From the NCBI GenBank assembly GCA_036231405.1, contig JAZAHK010000035.1:1-18619 (forward strand): 18,619 bases of DNA. The letters run 5' to 3'. The stretch comes from Nitrospinota bacterium (lineage in GTDB: Bacteria; UBA8248). This document shows positions 1-7,656 of this stretch, in pieces. The position numbers and the translations under genes were made by a program. A model generated the notes under the pieces. It had not been told where the DNA came from, did no database searches, and saw only the letters and a list, made by a program, of their open reading frames with translations. Numbering within the stretch: the first letter of the stretch is position 1; every line of letters starts with the position of its first letter.

Positions 1-101
1 ATATTACAAAACGAAATTCCTTAATGAGATTCTAAACTTTACACAAAAAAACTTCTCTGAAAATAGTTAGTTTTAATTTAGCTTCCCTAATAACAATAAA
101 G

Positions 102-128
102 TTAGCACTTAGCTCTTTAGAGTGCTAA
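102..128. promoter_or_regulatory. CIRCE element (HrcA operator)
   Basis: TTAGCACTT-agctcttta-GAGTGCTAA matches the CIRCE consensus TTAGCACTC-N9-GAGTGCTAA with one mismatch and the correct 9-nt spacer. It lies directly upstream of groES. Confidence 0.95.
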
Positions 129-134
129 CTTTTG

Positions 135-163
135 TTGACATATATTTAAAAGTTGTCTATAAG
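135..163 (+). promoter_or_regulatory. sigma70-type promoter of groESL
   Basis: TTGACA (135-140), 17-nt spacer, TATAAG (158-163). Shine-Dalgarno GGAGG lies before the ATG at 227. Confidence 0.8.
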
Positions 164-226
164 TCGTTCTTTATTATTTTTTTGTTATAAATTTAGTTTT
201 TATTATACACGGAGGAGACCATAAAA

Positions 227-529
227 ATGGCGAAGCTAAAAGCGAAGGTTAAACCTTTGCAAGATCGCATTCTTGTTAGACGTTTGGATGAGGAGGAAGA
301 AGAAGTTGGGGGTATAATAATTCCTGATTCGGCAAAGGAAAAGCCACAAGAGGGTGAAGTGGTAGCTCTTGGACCTGGCAAAATTACAGACGATGGAAAG
401 CGTCAGTCGATTGAGGTCAAAGCAGGTGATCGAATACTTTTTGCGAAATATGCAGGTACAGAGGTTAAAGTGGAAGGTGAGGAATTGTTGATCATGCGCG
501 AAGATGATGTGTTGGCAGTTCTTTCTTAA
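227..529 (+). CDS. groES: Co-chaperonin GroES
   Basis: [32 protein letters not shown] and KYAGTEVK motifs; 100 aa; immediately upstream of groEL. Confidence 0.99.
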   Translation: MAKLKAKVKPLQDRILVRRLDEEEEEVGGIIIPDSAKEKPQEGEVVALGPGKITDDGKRQSIEVKAGDRILFAKYAGTEVKVEGEELLIMREDDVLAVLS

Positions 530-573
530 ATAAAAAATTAAAAATTTTTTTATACTAAGGAGTTAAAATAATC

Positions 574-2217
574 ATGTCGAAGATCATTTTATTTGATGAG
601 GAAGCTCGTGGGAAGATTAAGAAAGGGGTTGACCAGCTCGCAAATGCAGTTAAGGTAACTCTCGGACCACGTGGTAGGAATGTTGTAATAGATAAGAAGT
701 TTGGTTCTCCAGCTACAACTAAAGATGGTGTGACAGTTGCTAAAGAAATCGAATTAGAAGATCAATTTGAAAATATGGGTGCACAACTAGTAAATGAAGT
801 AGCAAGCAAAACTTCTGATGTTGCTGGTGATGGAACTACGACTGCAACAGTTCTAGCACAGGCAATTTTTTCGGAGGGTCTAAGAAATGTAACTGCTGGT
901 GCTAATCCGATTGATCTAAAAAGAGGTATTGATGAAGCGGTTCAATCAGTTGTAGCGGAACTTAAGAAAATTGCGAAACCCGTAAGAGATAAAAAAGAAA
1001 TTGCTCAAGTTGGTACAATTTCAGCTAATAATGACCCTACTATTGGTGATTTAATAGCCGAAGCGATGGATAAAGTAGGAAAAGATGGTGTTATTACTGT
1101 TGAAGAGGCTAAATCGATGGAGACCTCTTTAGATATCGTCGAAGGTATGCAGTTTGATAGAGGTTACTTAAGTCCGTACTTTGTGACTAACGCTGATCGT
1201 ATGGAAGCAGTATTAGATGATCCTTATATTCTTTTCCATGAAAAGAAAATATCAAACATGCGTGATCTTCTGCCTCTCCTAGAAAAAATAGCAAAAATGG
1301 GAAAACCTCTTTTGCTTATTGCTGAAGATATAGAGGGAGAAGCACTTGCAACCTTGGTTGTTAATAAACTCCGTGGAACTTTGAATGTTTCTGCTGTTAA
1401 AGCTCCTGGATTCGGAGATCGTCGTAAAGCAATGTTAGAAGATATGGCAATTCTAACCGGTGGCAAGATGCTGAGTGAAGATCTTGGTATTAAGCTTGAG
1501 AACATAACTGTCGACGATCTTGGTCAGGCAAAGCGTGTAACGATTGATAAAGACAATTCTACAATTGTTGAAGGAAAGGGTAAGGCGAAAGATATAGAAG
1601 GCCGTGTAAAGCAAATTCGAAACCAAGTTGAAGAAACAACAAGTGATTATGATAGAGAAAAGCTCCAAGAACGGCTTGCCAAGTTAGTTGGCGGTGTCGC
1701 TGTTATAAATGTTGGAGCAGCTACAGAAACAGAAATGAAAGAAAAGAAAGCAAGAGTTGAAGATGCTCTTAACGCAACTAGAGCAGCAGTTGAGGAAGGT
1801 GTCGTTGTAGGTGGTGGTGTTGCCTTAGTTCGAAGTCAGAAGGCAGTTGAGAGTATGTCTTCAAGTGGAGACCGCCAGGTAGGATTAGAAATTCTCGCCA
1901 AGGCTCTAGAGGCTCCACTAAGAGATCTTGCTAATAATGCAGGACAAGAAGGTTCTATTATCGTTCAGAAGGTAAAGGGAGAAAAAGCAAATGTTGGCTA
2001 TAATGCCGCAACGGATAAGTTCGAAGATCTTGTTAAGGTTGGTGTGATTGACCCTGCTAAGGTAACTCGTTCTGCACTTCAAAACGCTGCATCTGTGGCA
2101 GGTTTAATGCTTACTACTGAATGCGTTATCTCTGACAAACCTGAAGAAAACGCAGCTGCTGGTATGCCTCCTGGTATGCCTCCTGGCGGCATGGGCGGTA
2201 TGGGCGGAATGATGTAA
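574..2217 (+). CDS. groEL: Chaperonin GroEL
   Basis: [29 protein letters not shown] and AAVEEG motifs, GGM C-terminal tail; 547 aa; SD AAGGAG upstream. Confidence 0.99.
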   Translation: MSKIILFDEEARGKIKKGVDQLANAVKVTLGPRGRNVVIDKKFGSPATTKDGVTVAKEIELEDQFENMGAQLVNEVASKTSDVAGDGTTTATVLAQAIFSEGLRNVTAGANPIDLKRGIDEAVQSVVAELKKIAKPVRDKKEIAQVGTISANNDPTIGDLIAEAMDKVGKDGVITVEEAKSMETSLDIVEGMQFDRGYLSPYFVTNADRMEAVLDDPYILFHEKKISNMRDLLPLLEKIAKMGKPLLLIAEDIEGEALATLVVNKLRGTLNVSAVKAPGFGDRRKAMLEDMAILTGGKMLSEDLGIKLENITVDDLGQAKRVTIDKDNSTIVEGKGKAKDIEGRVKQIRNQVEETTSDYDREKLQERLAKLVGGVAVINVGAATETEMKEKKARVEDALNATRAAVEEGVVVGGGVALVRSQKAVESMSSSGDRQVGLEILAKALEAPLRDLANNAGQEGSIIVQKVKGEKANVGYNAATDKFEDLVKVGVIDPAKVTRSALQNAASVAGLMLTTECVISDKPEENAAAGMPPGMPPGGMGGMGGMM

Positions 2218-2234
2218 TTTTACCGTATAAATAT

Positions 2235-2272
2235 AGAGGGGGGGGGAGGTATCCCCCCCCTCTTTTTGTTTT
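2235..2272 (+). terminator. Rho-independent terminator of groESL
   Basis: AGAG(9)-AGGTAT-C(8)TCT hairpin followed by TTTTGTTTT, 18 nt after the groEL stop. Confidence 0.85.
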
Positions 2273-2282
2273 ATGGACAATT

Positions 2283-2311
2283 TTCAAGTATTCTTATACC
2301 TTTGCTATAAT
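2283..2311 (+). promoter_or_regulatory. Extended -10 promoter upstream of the TonB-family gene
   Basis: TGcTATAAT at 2303-2311 is a perfect extended -10. TTCAAG lies 17 nt upstream of the hexamer, just after the groESL terminator. Confidence 0.6.
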
Positions 2312-2374
2312 CGTAATAGTTTAAAAGTTTTTACACGTTGTTTGGTAAAATTTTCTTAATAGAGAATTGAGAAG

Positions 2375-3457
2375 ATGCAGAGGTTAAGATTTGTACGCGT
2401 ATGTAGTTTCTCCTACCTGCTTATAATCTCTTTTTTTGTCCATCTTTTTGTACTTTTCTCTTCCAGTATTTTTTTAAATTTTTCTAAAATATTAAATAAG
2501 AATCCAAAAACTTATCGTTTCGTTTCTGTGAATTGGCTAGAAAACGAGGATGTTAAGTCTTTTAAAAAAGATAAAAAGATTCTCTCTAATATAGATAGAA
2601 ACGAAAAAGGATTCTTTGTAAAAGATAAAAAGATTGAAGTTAAGAAATTTTCAAGGCAATCTAGCAAGGGAATCATTCAAACCCCAAGCGTAATTCCGCT
2701 GGGAATAAAAAGGAAGAAGAGAGTGCAATTAGGTACAATAAAGAAAGAGGGTACGCTCCAAAAAAGTAGAATGGATTTCAGGAAAAATTTTTCGATTGGA
2801 AATACTAAATCTAAAAGGTCTAGAAAATTTATAGTGCCGATAGAAAAAAATCAGAAAAAAAACAGCAATTTAATATCTAAGAAAGAGTCTGTCAGTATTG
2901 GGAGAGGCACTCCAAAAAGAGAGGTGGATTCAAGAAAGGTATCTCGTGAATTACTTGACAGACGTGTTGTAAAACCTTCAAAAAAAACAGATCGATTGAA
3001 ATTATTTAGAATAGTGACAAAGGAGAAGAAGTCTTTTGAAGTGTCTGAAAATGTTTTAAATAAGGTAGCGAGTGCGGACTTTGATTCTGAAAAAAAAATG
3101 AAGGATGATGAACCTATTTCGCTATCAACGAGGAAAACGGAGTTTTTCAGATACTTTAAACATATCAAGGTCAGAATAGAAGAATCTTGGGTTTGGTGGG
3201 CGCCGGAGGCCAGGGGGTTACATGGAAAATTGAAACTTCGTTTTACACTGTTGAGGGATGGTAGCTTAAAAAAACTTGTTCTATTAGAATCTTCAGGACA
3301 TGGAGTATTGGATGACGAAGCGATGTCTGCCGTTACTAGAGCATCAGTTTCTTTTAGGCCGTTCCCTTTAAAAATGAAGCGAAAGTTTTTGAATATTGAT
3401 GGTACTTTTGAGTATGTGTCTGAAAGATTTTTTGTTAGAAAATTTTTAAGAAATTAG
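2375..3457 (+). CDS. TonB family energy transducer protein
   Basis: N-terminal transmembrane helix with SxxxH (SFFVH), a long Lys/Arg-rich linker, and a C-terminal TonB_C-like domain (YFKHIKVRIEESW...G.LKLRFTLLRDGSL...LLESSGHGVLDDEAMSAV...PFP). Confidence 0.85.
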   Translation: MQRLRFVRVCSFSYLLIISFFVHLFVLFSSSIFLNFSKILNKNPKTYRFVSVNWLENEDVKSFKKDKKILSNIDRNEKGFFVKDKKIEVKKFSRQSSKGIIQTPSVIPLGIKRKKRVQLGTIKKEGTLQKSRMDFRKNFSIGNTKSKRSRKFIVPIEKNQKKNSNLISKKESVSIGRGTPKREVDSRKVSRELLDRRVVKPSKKTDRLKLFRIVTKEKKSFEVSENVLNKVASADFDSEKKMKDDEPISLSTRKTEFFRYFKHIKVRIEESWVWWAPEARGLHGKLKLRFTLLRDGSLKKLVLLESSGHGVLDDEAMSAVTRASVSFRPFPLKMKRKFLNIDGTFEYVSERFFVRKFLRN

Positions 3458-3518
3458 ATTTTTGAATTTTTTCCATTTCACATAGAATCTTAAATGTTAC
3501 TTTAATTAGGGGTACGCT

Positions 3519-4184
3519 TTGATTCAAGAAAATAATTTTTTTAGCAATCGTACAGAAGATTATTTGAAAAATATTTTCAAATTAGAGCAGAGTTGCTCGC
3601 CAGTTAAAACAAGTTCAATCGCAACTAAAATGCAACTCTCTTCTGCTTCTGTAACTGGAATGTTGAAAAAATTACATAGAATGAAGTTAGTTGTATATAA
3701 ACCCTACCAAGGAGTCACTCTTACGAAAAAGGGAGAGAAAGTCGCCCTTGAAATAATTAGACATCATAGATTGATTGAACTTTTTTTGAATCAGAAAATG
3801 GGAATAGATTGGGACAAAGTTGATATAGAAGCTGAAAAGCTTGAACATGTTTTGAGTGAAGAGTTAGAGGAAGTTTTGGATAAGAGTTTAGGGTTTCCTA
3901 CGTTGGACCCTCATGGAGATCCCATTCCTTCAAAAGGAGGTAGTATTAAGAAATTGAGCGAAAAGAAATTGTTTGAAATTGAAGAAGGGAAGGAAACTTC
4001 TGTAATTCGAGTAGGGCAAGATAACAATAAAATCCTAAAGTATTTAGGTGAGATAGGACTAATTCCAGGTGTTTCTGTAGAAATTTTAGAAAAATCTGTC
4101 AATGCTGATACAATTACAATTTCTGTTAATGGTATTTCGCATACTTTTAGTAACTCTGTAGGGTCTTCGGTTTTTGTAAGTTGA
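3519..4184 (+). CDS. DtxR/MntR family metal-dependent transcriptional regulator with C-terminal FeoA/SH3-like domain
   Basis: EDYLKNIF, SSASVTGMLKKL (HTH), HHRLIELFL, EAEKLEH and PTLDPHGDPIP motifs; FeoA-like YLGEIGLIPG; TTG start after AGGGG. Confidence 0.95.
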   Translation: MIQENNFFSNRTEDYLKNIFKLEQSCSPVKTSSIATKMQLSSASVTGMLKKLHRMKLVVYKPYQGVTLTKKGEKVALEIIRHHRLIELFLNQKMGIDWDKVDIEAEKLEHVLSEELEEVLDKSLGFPTLDPHGDPIPSKGGSIKKLSEKKLFEIEEGKETSVIRVGQDNNKILKYLGEIGLIPGVSVEILEKSVNADTITISVNGISHTFSNSVGSSVFVS

Positions 4185-4209
4185 AAATTCTTTTCTAAGG
4201 AGTAATCAA

Positions 4210-4725
4210 ATGAGTGCAAGTACAGGGGTGAACAGGAGGAAGATAAAATTTGCAAATAAATTTAAAGCAATACATGATAAAGAAATGCGATGGGAAGAGA
4301 GTGCTGCGGTTAAGTTGTTGACTTTGCCCAAGGGGTTAAAGGTTAAGATATTCAACCACGATCCTATAATGAAACGAATAGATATGAAGGTTAAGTTTCC
4401 TCCCGGCTATGTTGAACCTGAGCATACACACAAAAGCTGGCACTCTATACTCGTGACTAAAGGTAGAATGTGTGTTGCAGGAAAGGATCTTCGTCCTGGT
4501 GATTATGTATTTGGATGGGACCTACCTCATGGTCCTTATGAGTACCCAGATGGATGTGAAGTTTTCTGTGTTTTTATGGGAGATGGAACGCAGCATACTT
4601 GGGATGAAGAAAAACATTTCGTCCACGAAGTTGAGTGGAGCGCAAAGACTAGTTCTGGCAAAAAAGCTGTTGCAAAGGGCGTAACTTCTAGAAGTAAAAA
4701 ACTAGAAAAAATAAGAAAAAAATGA
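4210..4725 (+). CDS. Cupin domain protein with predicted 4-His metal site
   Basis: Cupin motif 1 G-x5-HTH-x3-H-x6-G and motif 2 GDYVFGWDLPHGP; strong SD TAAGGAG. Confidence 0.8.
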   Translation: MSASTGVNRRKIKFANKFKAIHDKEMRWEESAAVKLLTLPKGLKVKIFNHDPIMKRIDMKVKFPPGYVEPEHTHKSWHSILVTKGRMCVAGKDLRPGDYVFGWDLPHGPYEYPDGCEVFCVFMGDGTQHTWDEEKHFVHEVEWSAKTSSGKKAVAKGVTSRSKKLEKIRKK

Positions 4726-4778
4726 AATTAGTCTTAATTTTCATATTGAAAAAAGAGATAGTGTAAATAGGAGTTATA

Positions 4779-5798
4779 TTGAATCCATTACGTGTTGCAG
4801 TTATTGGTGGAGGAGCTTGGGGGACTGCTCTTGCAGATTTTGTTTCTGAGATTGGTCATCAGACAACTCTCTGGGTTTTCGAAAAAGATCTTTGTTCTCG
4901 TATGCAAAAAACGTTCATTAACGATCTTTATCTTCCAGATTTTAAGCTTAATGAAAATCTGGAATTCACATTCGATATAGTAAAAGCTTCATCTTCAGGT
5001 CAGGATGTTATTATCAGTGCGATGCCTAGTCATGTCGTTGGCAAGATATGGAATAACCTATCGCCGACAATTCACGAAGAAACAATTATTGTAAGTGTTA
5101 CGAAAGGTTTTGATCCAGATACATTTTTACTTCCATCCCAGGTGATTGAACTTTCCTTAAAACAGTCAAAAGGTTCTGTTAATCCCATTGTGAGTTTGTC
5201 TGGTCCTACTTTCGCAATAGAATTGGCTAAACGAAATCCAACAGCAATAACCGCTGCTTCTTCAAATTACGAGTCTGCTTTAAAGGTTCAAGAGTCGTTT
5301 TCTGCTTCTGTTTTTAGAATTTATTGTAGTGATGATCCCATAGGCGTTCAACTTGGGGGTGCGTTAAAGAATGTGATTGCCCTTGCAGCTGGAATTGTTG
5401 ATGGCCTTGATATTGGGTTGAATGCGAGAGCAGCTTTGATAGTAAGAGGGTTAAAGGAAATTTCACGTTTAGCTTCCAAGATGGGAGGAAATTCAGAAAC
5501 CCTTTCAGGTCTTTCAGGTATGGGAGACTTAATATTGACTTGCACCGGGGATCTAAGTCGAAATAGGACCGTTGGATATCGATTGGGAAAAGGTGAGAAA
5601 CTCAAGGATATACTAGATTCTATGGTTTCAGTTGTTGAAGGAGTTTCTACTGCTCCTCTAGCAGTGTCCCTTTCAAAAAAGTTTTCTGTTGATATGCCTA
5701 TTTGTGAAGAAATTAATGCCATTTTGTTCGATGGGAAGGACCCTTTTGAGTCATTGAATGAACTCATGAAACGATCCTTAAAAGAAGAGAAAACCTGA
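4779..5798 (+). CDS. gpsA: NAD(P)H-dependent glycerol-3-phosphate dehydrogenase
   Basis: GGGAWGTALA, LSGPTFA, GGALKNVIALAAG and GLSGMGDLILTCTGDLSRNR motifs; TTG start after AGGAG. Confidence 0.97.
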   Translation: MNPLRVAVIGGGAWGTALADFVSEIGHQTTLWVFEKDLCSRMQKTFINDLYLPDFKLNENLEFTFDIVKASSSGQDVIISAMPSHVVGKIWNNLSPTIHEETIIVSVTKGFDPDTFLLPSQVIELSLKQSKGSVNPIVSLSGPTFAIELAKRNPTAITAASSNYESALKVQESFSASVFRIYCSDDPIGVQLGGALKNVIALAAGIVDGLDIGLNARAALIVRGLKEISRLASKMGGNSETLSGLSGMGDLILTCTGDLSRNRTVGYRLGKGEKLKDILDSMVSVVEGVSTAPLAVSLSKKFSVDMPICEEINAILFDGKDPFESLNELMKRSLKEEKT

Positions 5799-5821
5799 GG
5801 TTAAAGTATGCATGGAATGTT

Positions 5822-6523
5822 TTGATTTTAAAAAAAATTCTTTTTCTGATAATAGCTTTCTTATTCTTGCCTCCGTGTTGGGCTATTACAAAAATCTTAA
5901 GTGTTCGGGTTTTTCTGAAGTTCAGATCTTTCGATTTCAGTTCTCTTAGTAATGACCTCGAGTATACACTTCTTTTTTCAGGTGCCTTTTTATTTCTTTT
6001 ATTATATAGATTTTACAAATTTGAATTTTTACACACTTTCCTGCATGAATTTACTCATTTGCTTTTCGGTATATTGTTCTGGAAAAGAATAATTACATTC
6101 AAAGTTTCTAAGCTAAAGGGTGAGGTTGTTCTTAGTGGGAGCAATCTGATAATTTTATTGGCCCCTTATTTTTTCCCACTCTTAACATTTATTATACTTT
6201 CAATAGGTTTCTTGTTGATGAATTTTTTAAATCATAAATCAATCTGGTTTGCGACGGTTCTCCTTGTCGGATTTTCTCTAATGTTGCACATTGTGATGAC
6301 GTTAAGAACTCTTATGGTTAGGCAATCCGATATAAAGTCTGGAGGGTATTTCTTTTCATTAGTTGTAATTTATTTTTTGTCTCTTCTTTTAATTTCTGGA
6401 ATTATTCTTTTAGTCTTAACAGATTTTACGGAAACATTATCTTTCTATAAATTTGTTTTTTCTGAAATTAAAAATTTATATTTTCTAATTTGGGAATTTT
6501 TATTTAGTTTAGATACATCTTAA
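5822..6523 (+). CDS. Membrane zinc metallopeptidase, M50/M50B-like
   Basis: Several hydrophobic helices, a HEFTH zincin motif in a membrane segment, and downstream LAPYFFP and QSD segments typical of M50B-like proteins. Exact start codon uncertain. Confidence 0.7.
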   Translation: MILKKILFLIIAFLFLPPCWAITKILSVRVFLKFRSFDFSSLSNDLEYTLLFSGAFLFLLLYRFYKFEFLHTFLHEFTHLLFGILFWKRIITFKVSKLKGEVVLSGSNLIILLAPYFFPLLTFIILSIGFLLMNFLNHKSIWFATVLLVGFSLMLHIVMTLRTLMVRQSDIKSGGYFFSLVVIYFLSLLLISGIILLVLTDFTETLSFYKFVFSEIKNLYFLIWEFLFSLDTS

Positions 6524-6605
6524 CTAGTTATAAATGCTTAATTGTTATAACATTCTCACTCGGTTTTTTTGTTAAATAGATTTTGCTAATTCATAGGGGG
6601 AAATT

Positions 6606-7604
6606 ATGAGTTCTGAAAAAGTCAGATTGGCTTCTGTAGGATTAGGTTGGTGGGGTGGAATGTTAGTAGACGCTGCTGTACGTAGCGGTTCTTGTGAAAT
6701 CGTTACCGGTTTTGCGAGGAGTAGCGACACACGAAAAGCATTTTCAGAAAAACATGATTGTAACTCTTCTGAAAGTTTGGATGAAATTTTAAAAGATTCT
6801 AGTATTGACGGTTTATTGGTAGCAACTCCTCATTCAACTCATTTAGATATCATTTCCGAAGCCGCTTCTGCAGGGAAGCATGTTTTTGTAGAAAAACCTC
6901 TGACTTTAACTTGCTCTGATGCAAAAGAGGCAATCAAAGTAACTGAGAGTGCTGGAGTTGTTCTTCAGGTTGGTCATCACCGGAGGAGATGTTCAGCGAA
7001 TCGTAAGATAAGAAGTTTTATTGACTCTGGCGAATTGGGTGTTCTCCATCAACTGCAGGCCAATTTATCTTTAGCAGGGGGTCTTGAGCCAAGACCAGGG
7101 TGGAGGAATGACCCTGACGAAAGTCCAGCAGGGTCTCTGTGTGGGTTGGGAGTTCATATGATTGACAATCTTCAGTATCTAGCCGGTCCAGCGAAGCGTG
7201 TCTCTGCATTTAGTAAAAAACTTTTATCAAAGACTAATCTTGACGATGTTACAAGTTTTATTGTCGAGTACGAGAGTGGACCTTTAGGGTATATTGGTAC
7301 GGCTTTTGTGGTACCTAAAATTTGTGAAACTTCTGCTTTTGGAACTGGCATGAATGCGTATAGTGATGTTGAGGGAACGAAGCTTTATATTACTAAGGCT
7401 GGAGATGATAAAAAAGAAGAAGTCACTCTAGACCCTATTGACCCTCTTTCTGATCAGTTAAGTGATTTTGCATCTTGTATAAAGGGAGAAAAATCTGTTG
7501 AAACTGGCGGTGTCGAAGGTTTAGAGGTAGTTGCTGTACTTGAATCAGTTATAGAGAGTGTAAGAACAGGTAATGCAGTAGATGTCTCTACATTTAGGGA
7601 TTGA
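6606..7604 (+). CDS. Gfo/Idh/MocA family NAD(P)-dependent oxidoreductase
   Basis: VGLGWWG Rossmann loop, ATPHSTH, AGKHVFVEKP, LQVGHHRR and LGVHMID motifs. Confidence 0.95.
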   Translation: MSSEKVRLASVGLGWWGGMLVDAAVRSGSCEIVTGFARSSDTRKAFSEKHDCNSSESLDEILKDSSIDGLLVATPHSTHLDIISEAASAGKHVFVEKPLTLTCSDAKEAIKVTESAGVVLQVGHHRRRCSANRKIRSFIDSGELGVLHQLQANLSLAGGLEPRPGWRNDPDESPAGSLCGLGVHMIDNLQYLAGPAKRVSAFSKKLLSKTNLDDVTSFIVEYESGPLGYIGTAFVVPKICETSAFGTGMNAYSDVEGTKLYITKAGDDKKEEVTLDPIDPLSDQLSDFASCIKGEKSVETGGVEGLEVVAVLESVIESVRTGNAVDVSTFRD

Positions 7605-7656
7605 TTAGTATTTGACTCTTTAGAAGATTCATAGTCTTTTAATTATGGAGAACTAA

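Noticed and set aside
2158-2214. Tandem repeats GGTATGCCTCCT x2 and GGC/GGT-ATG repeats
   Set aside because: They encode the ordinary Gly/Met-rich GroEL C-terminal tail.
2238-2260. G9/C8 homopolymers as a phase-variation tract or G-quadruplex
   Set aside because: They are the two arms of the groESL terminator stem and are intergenic.
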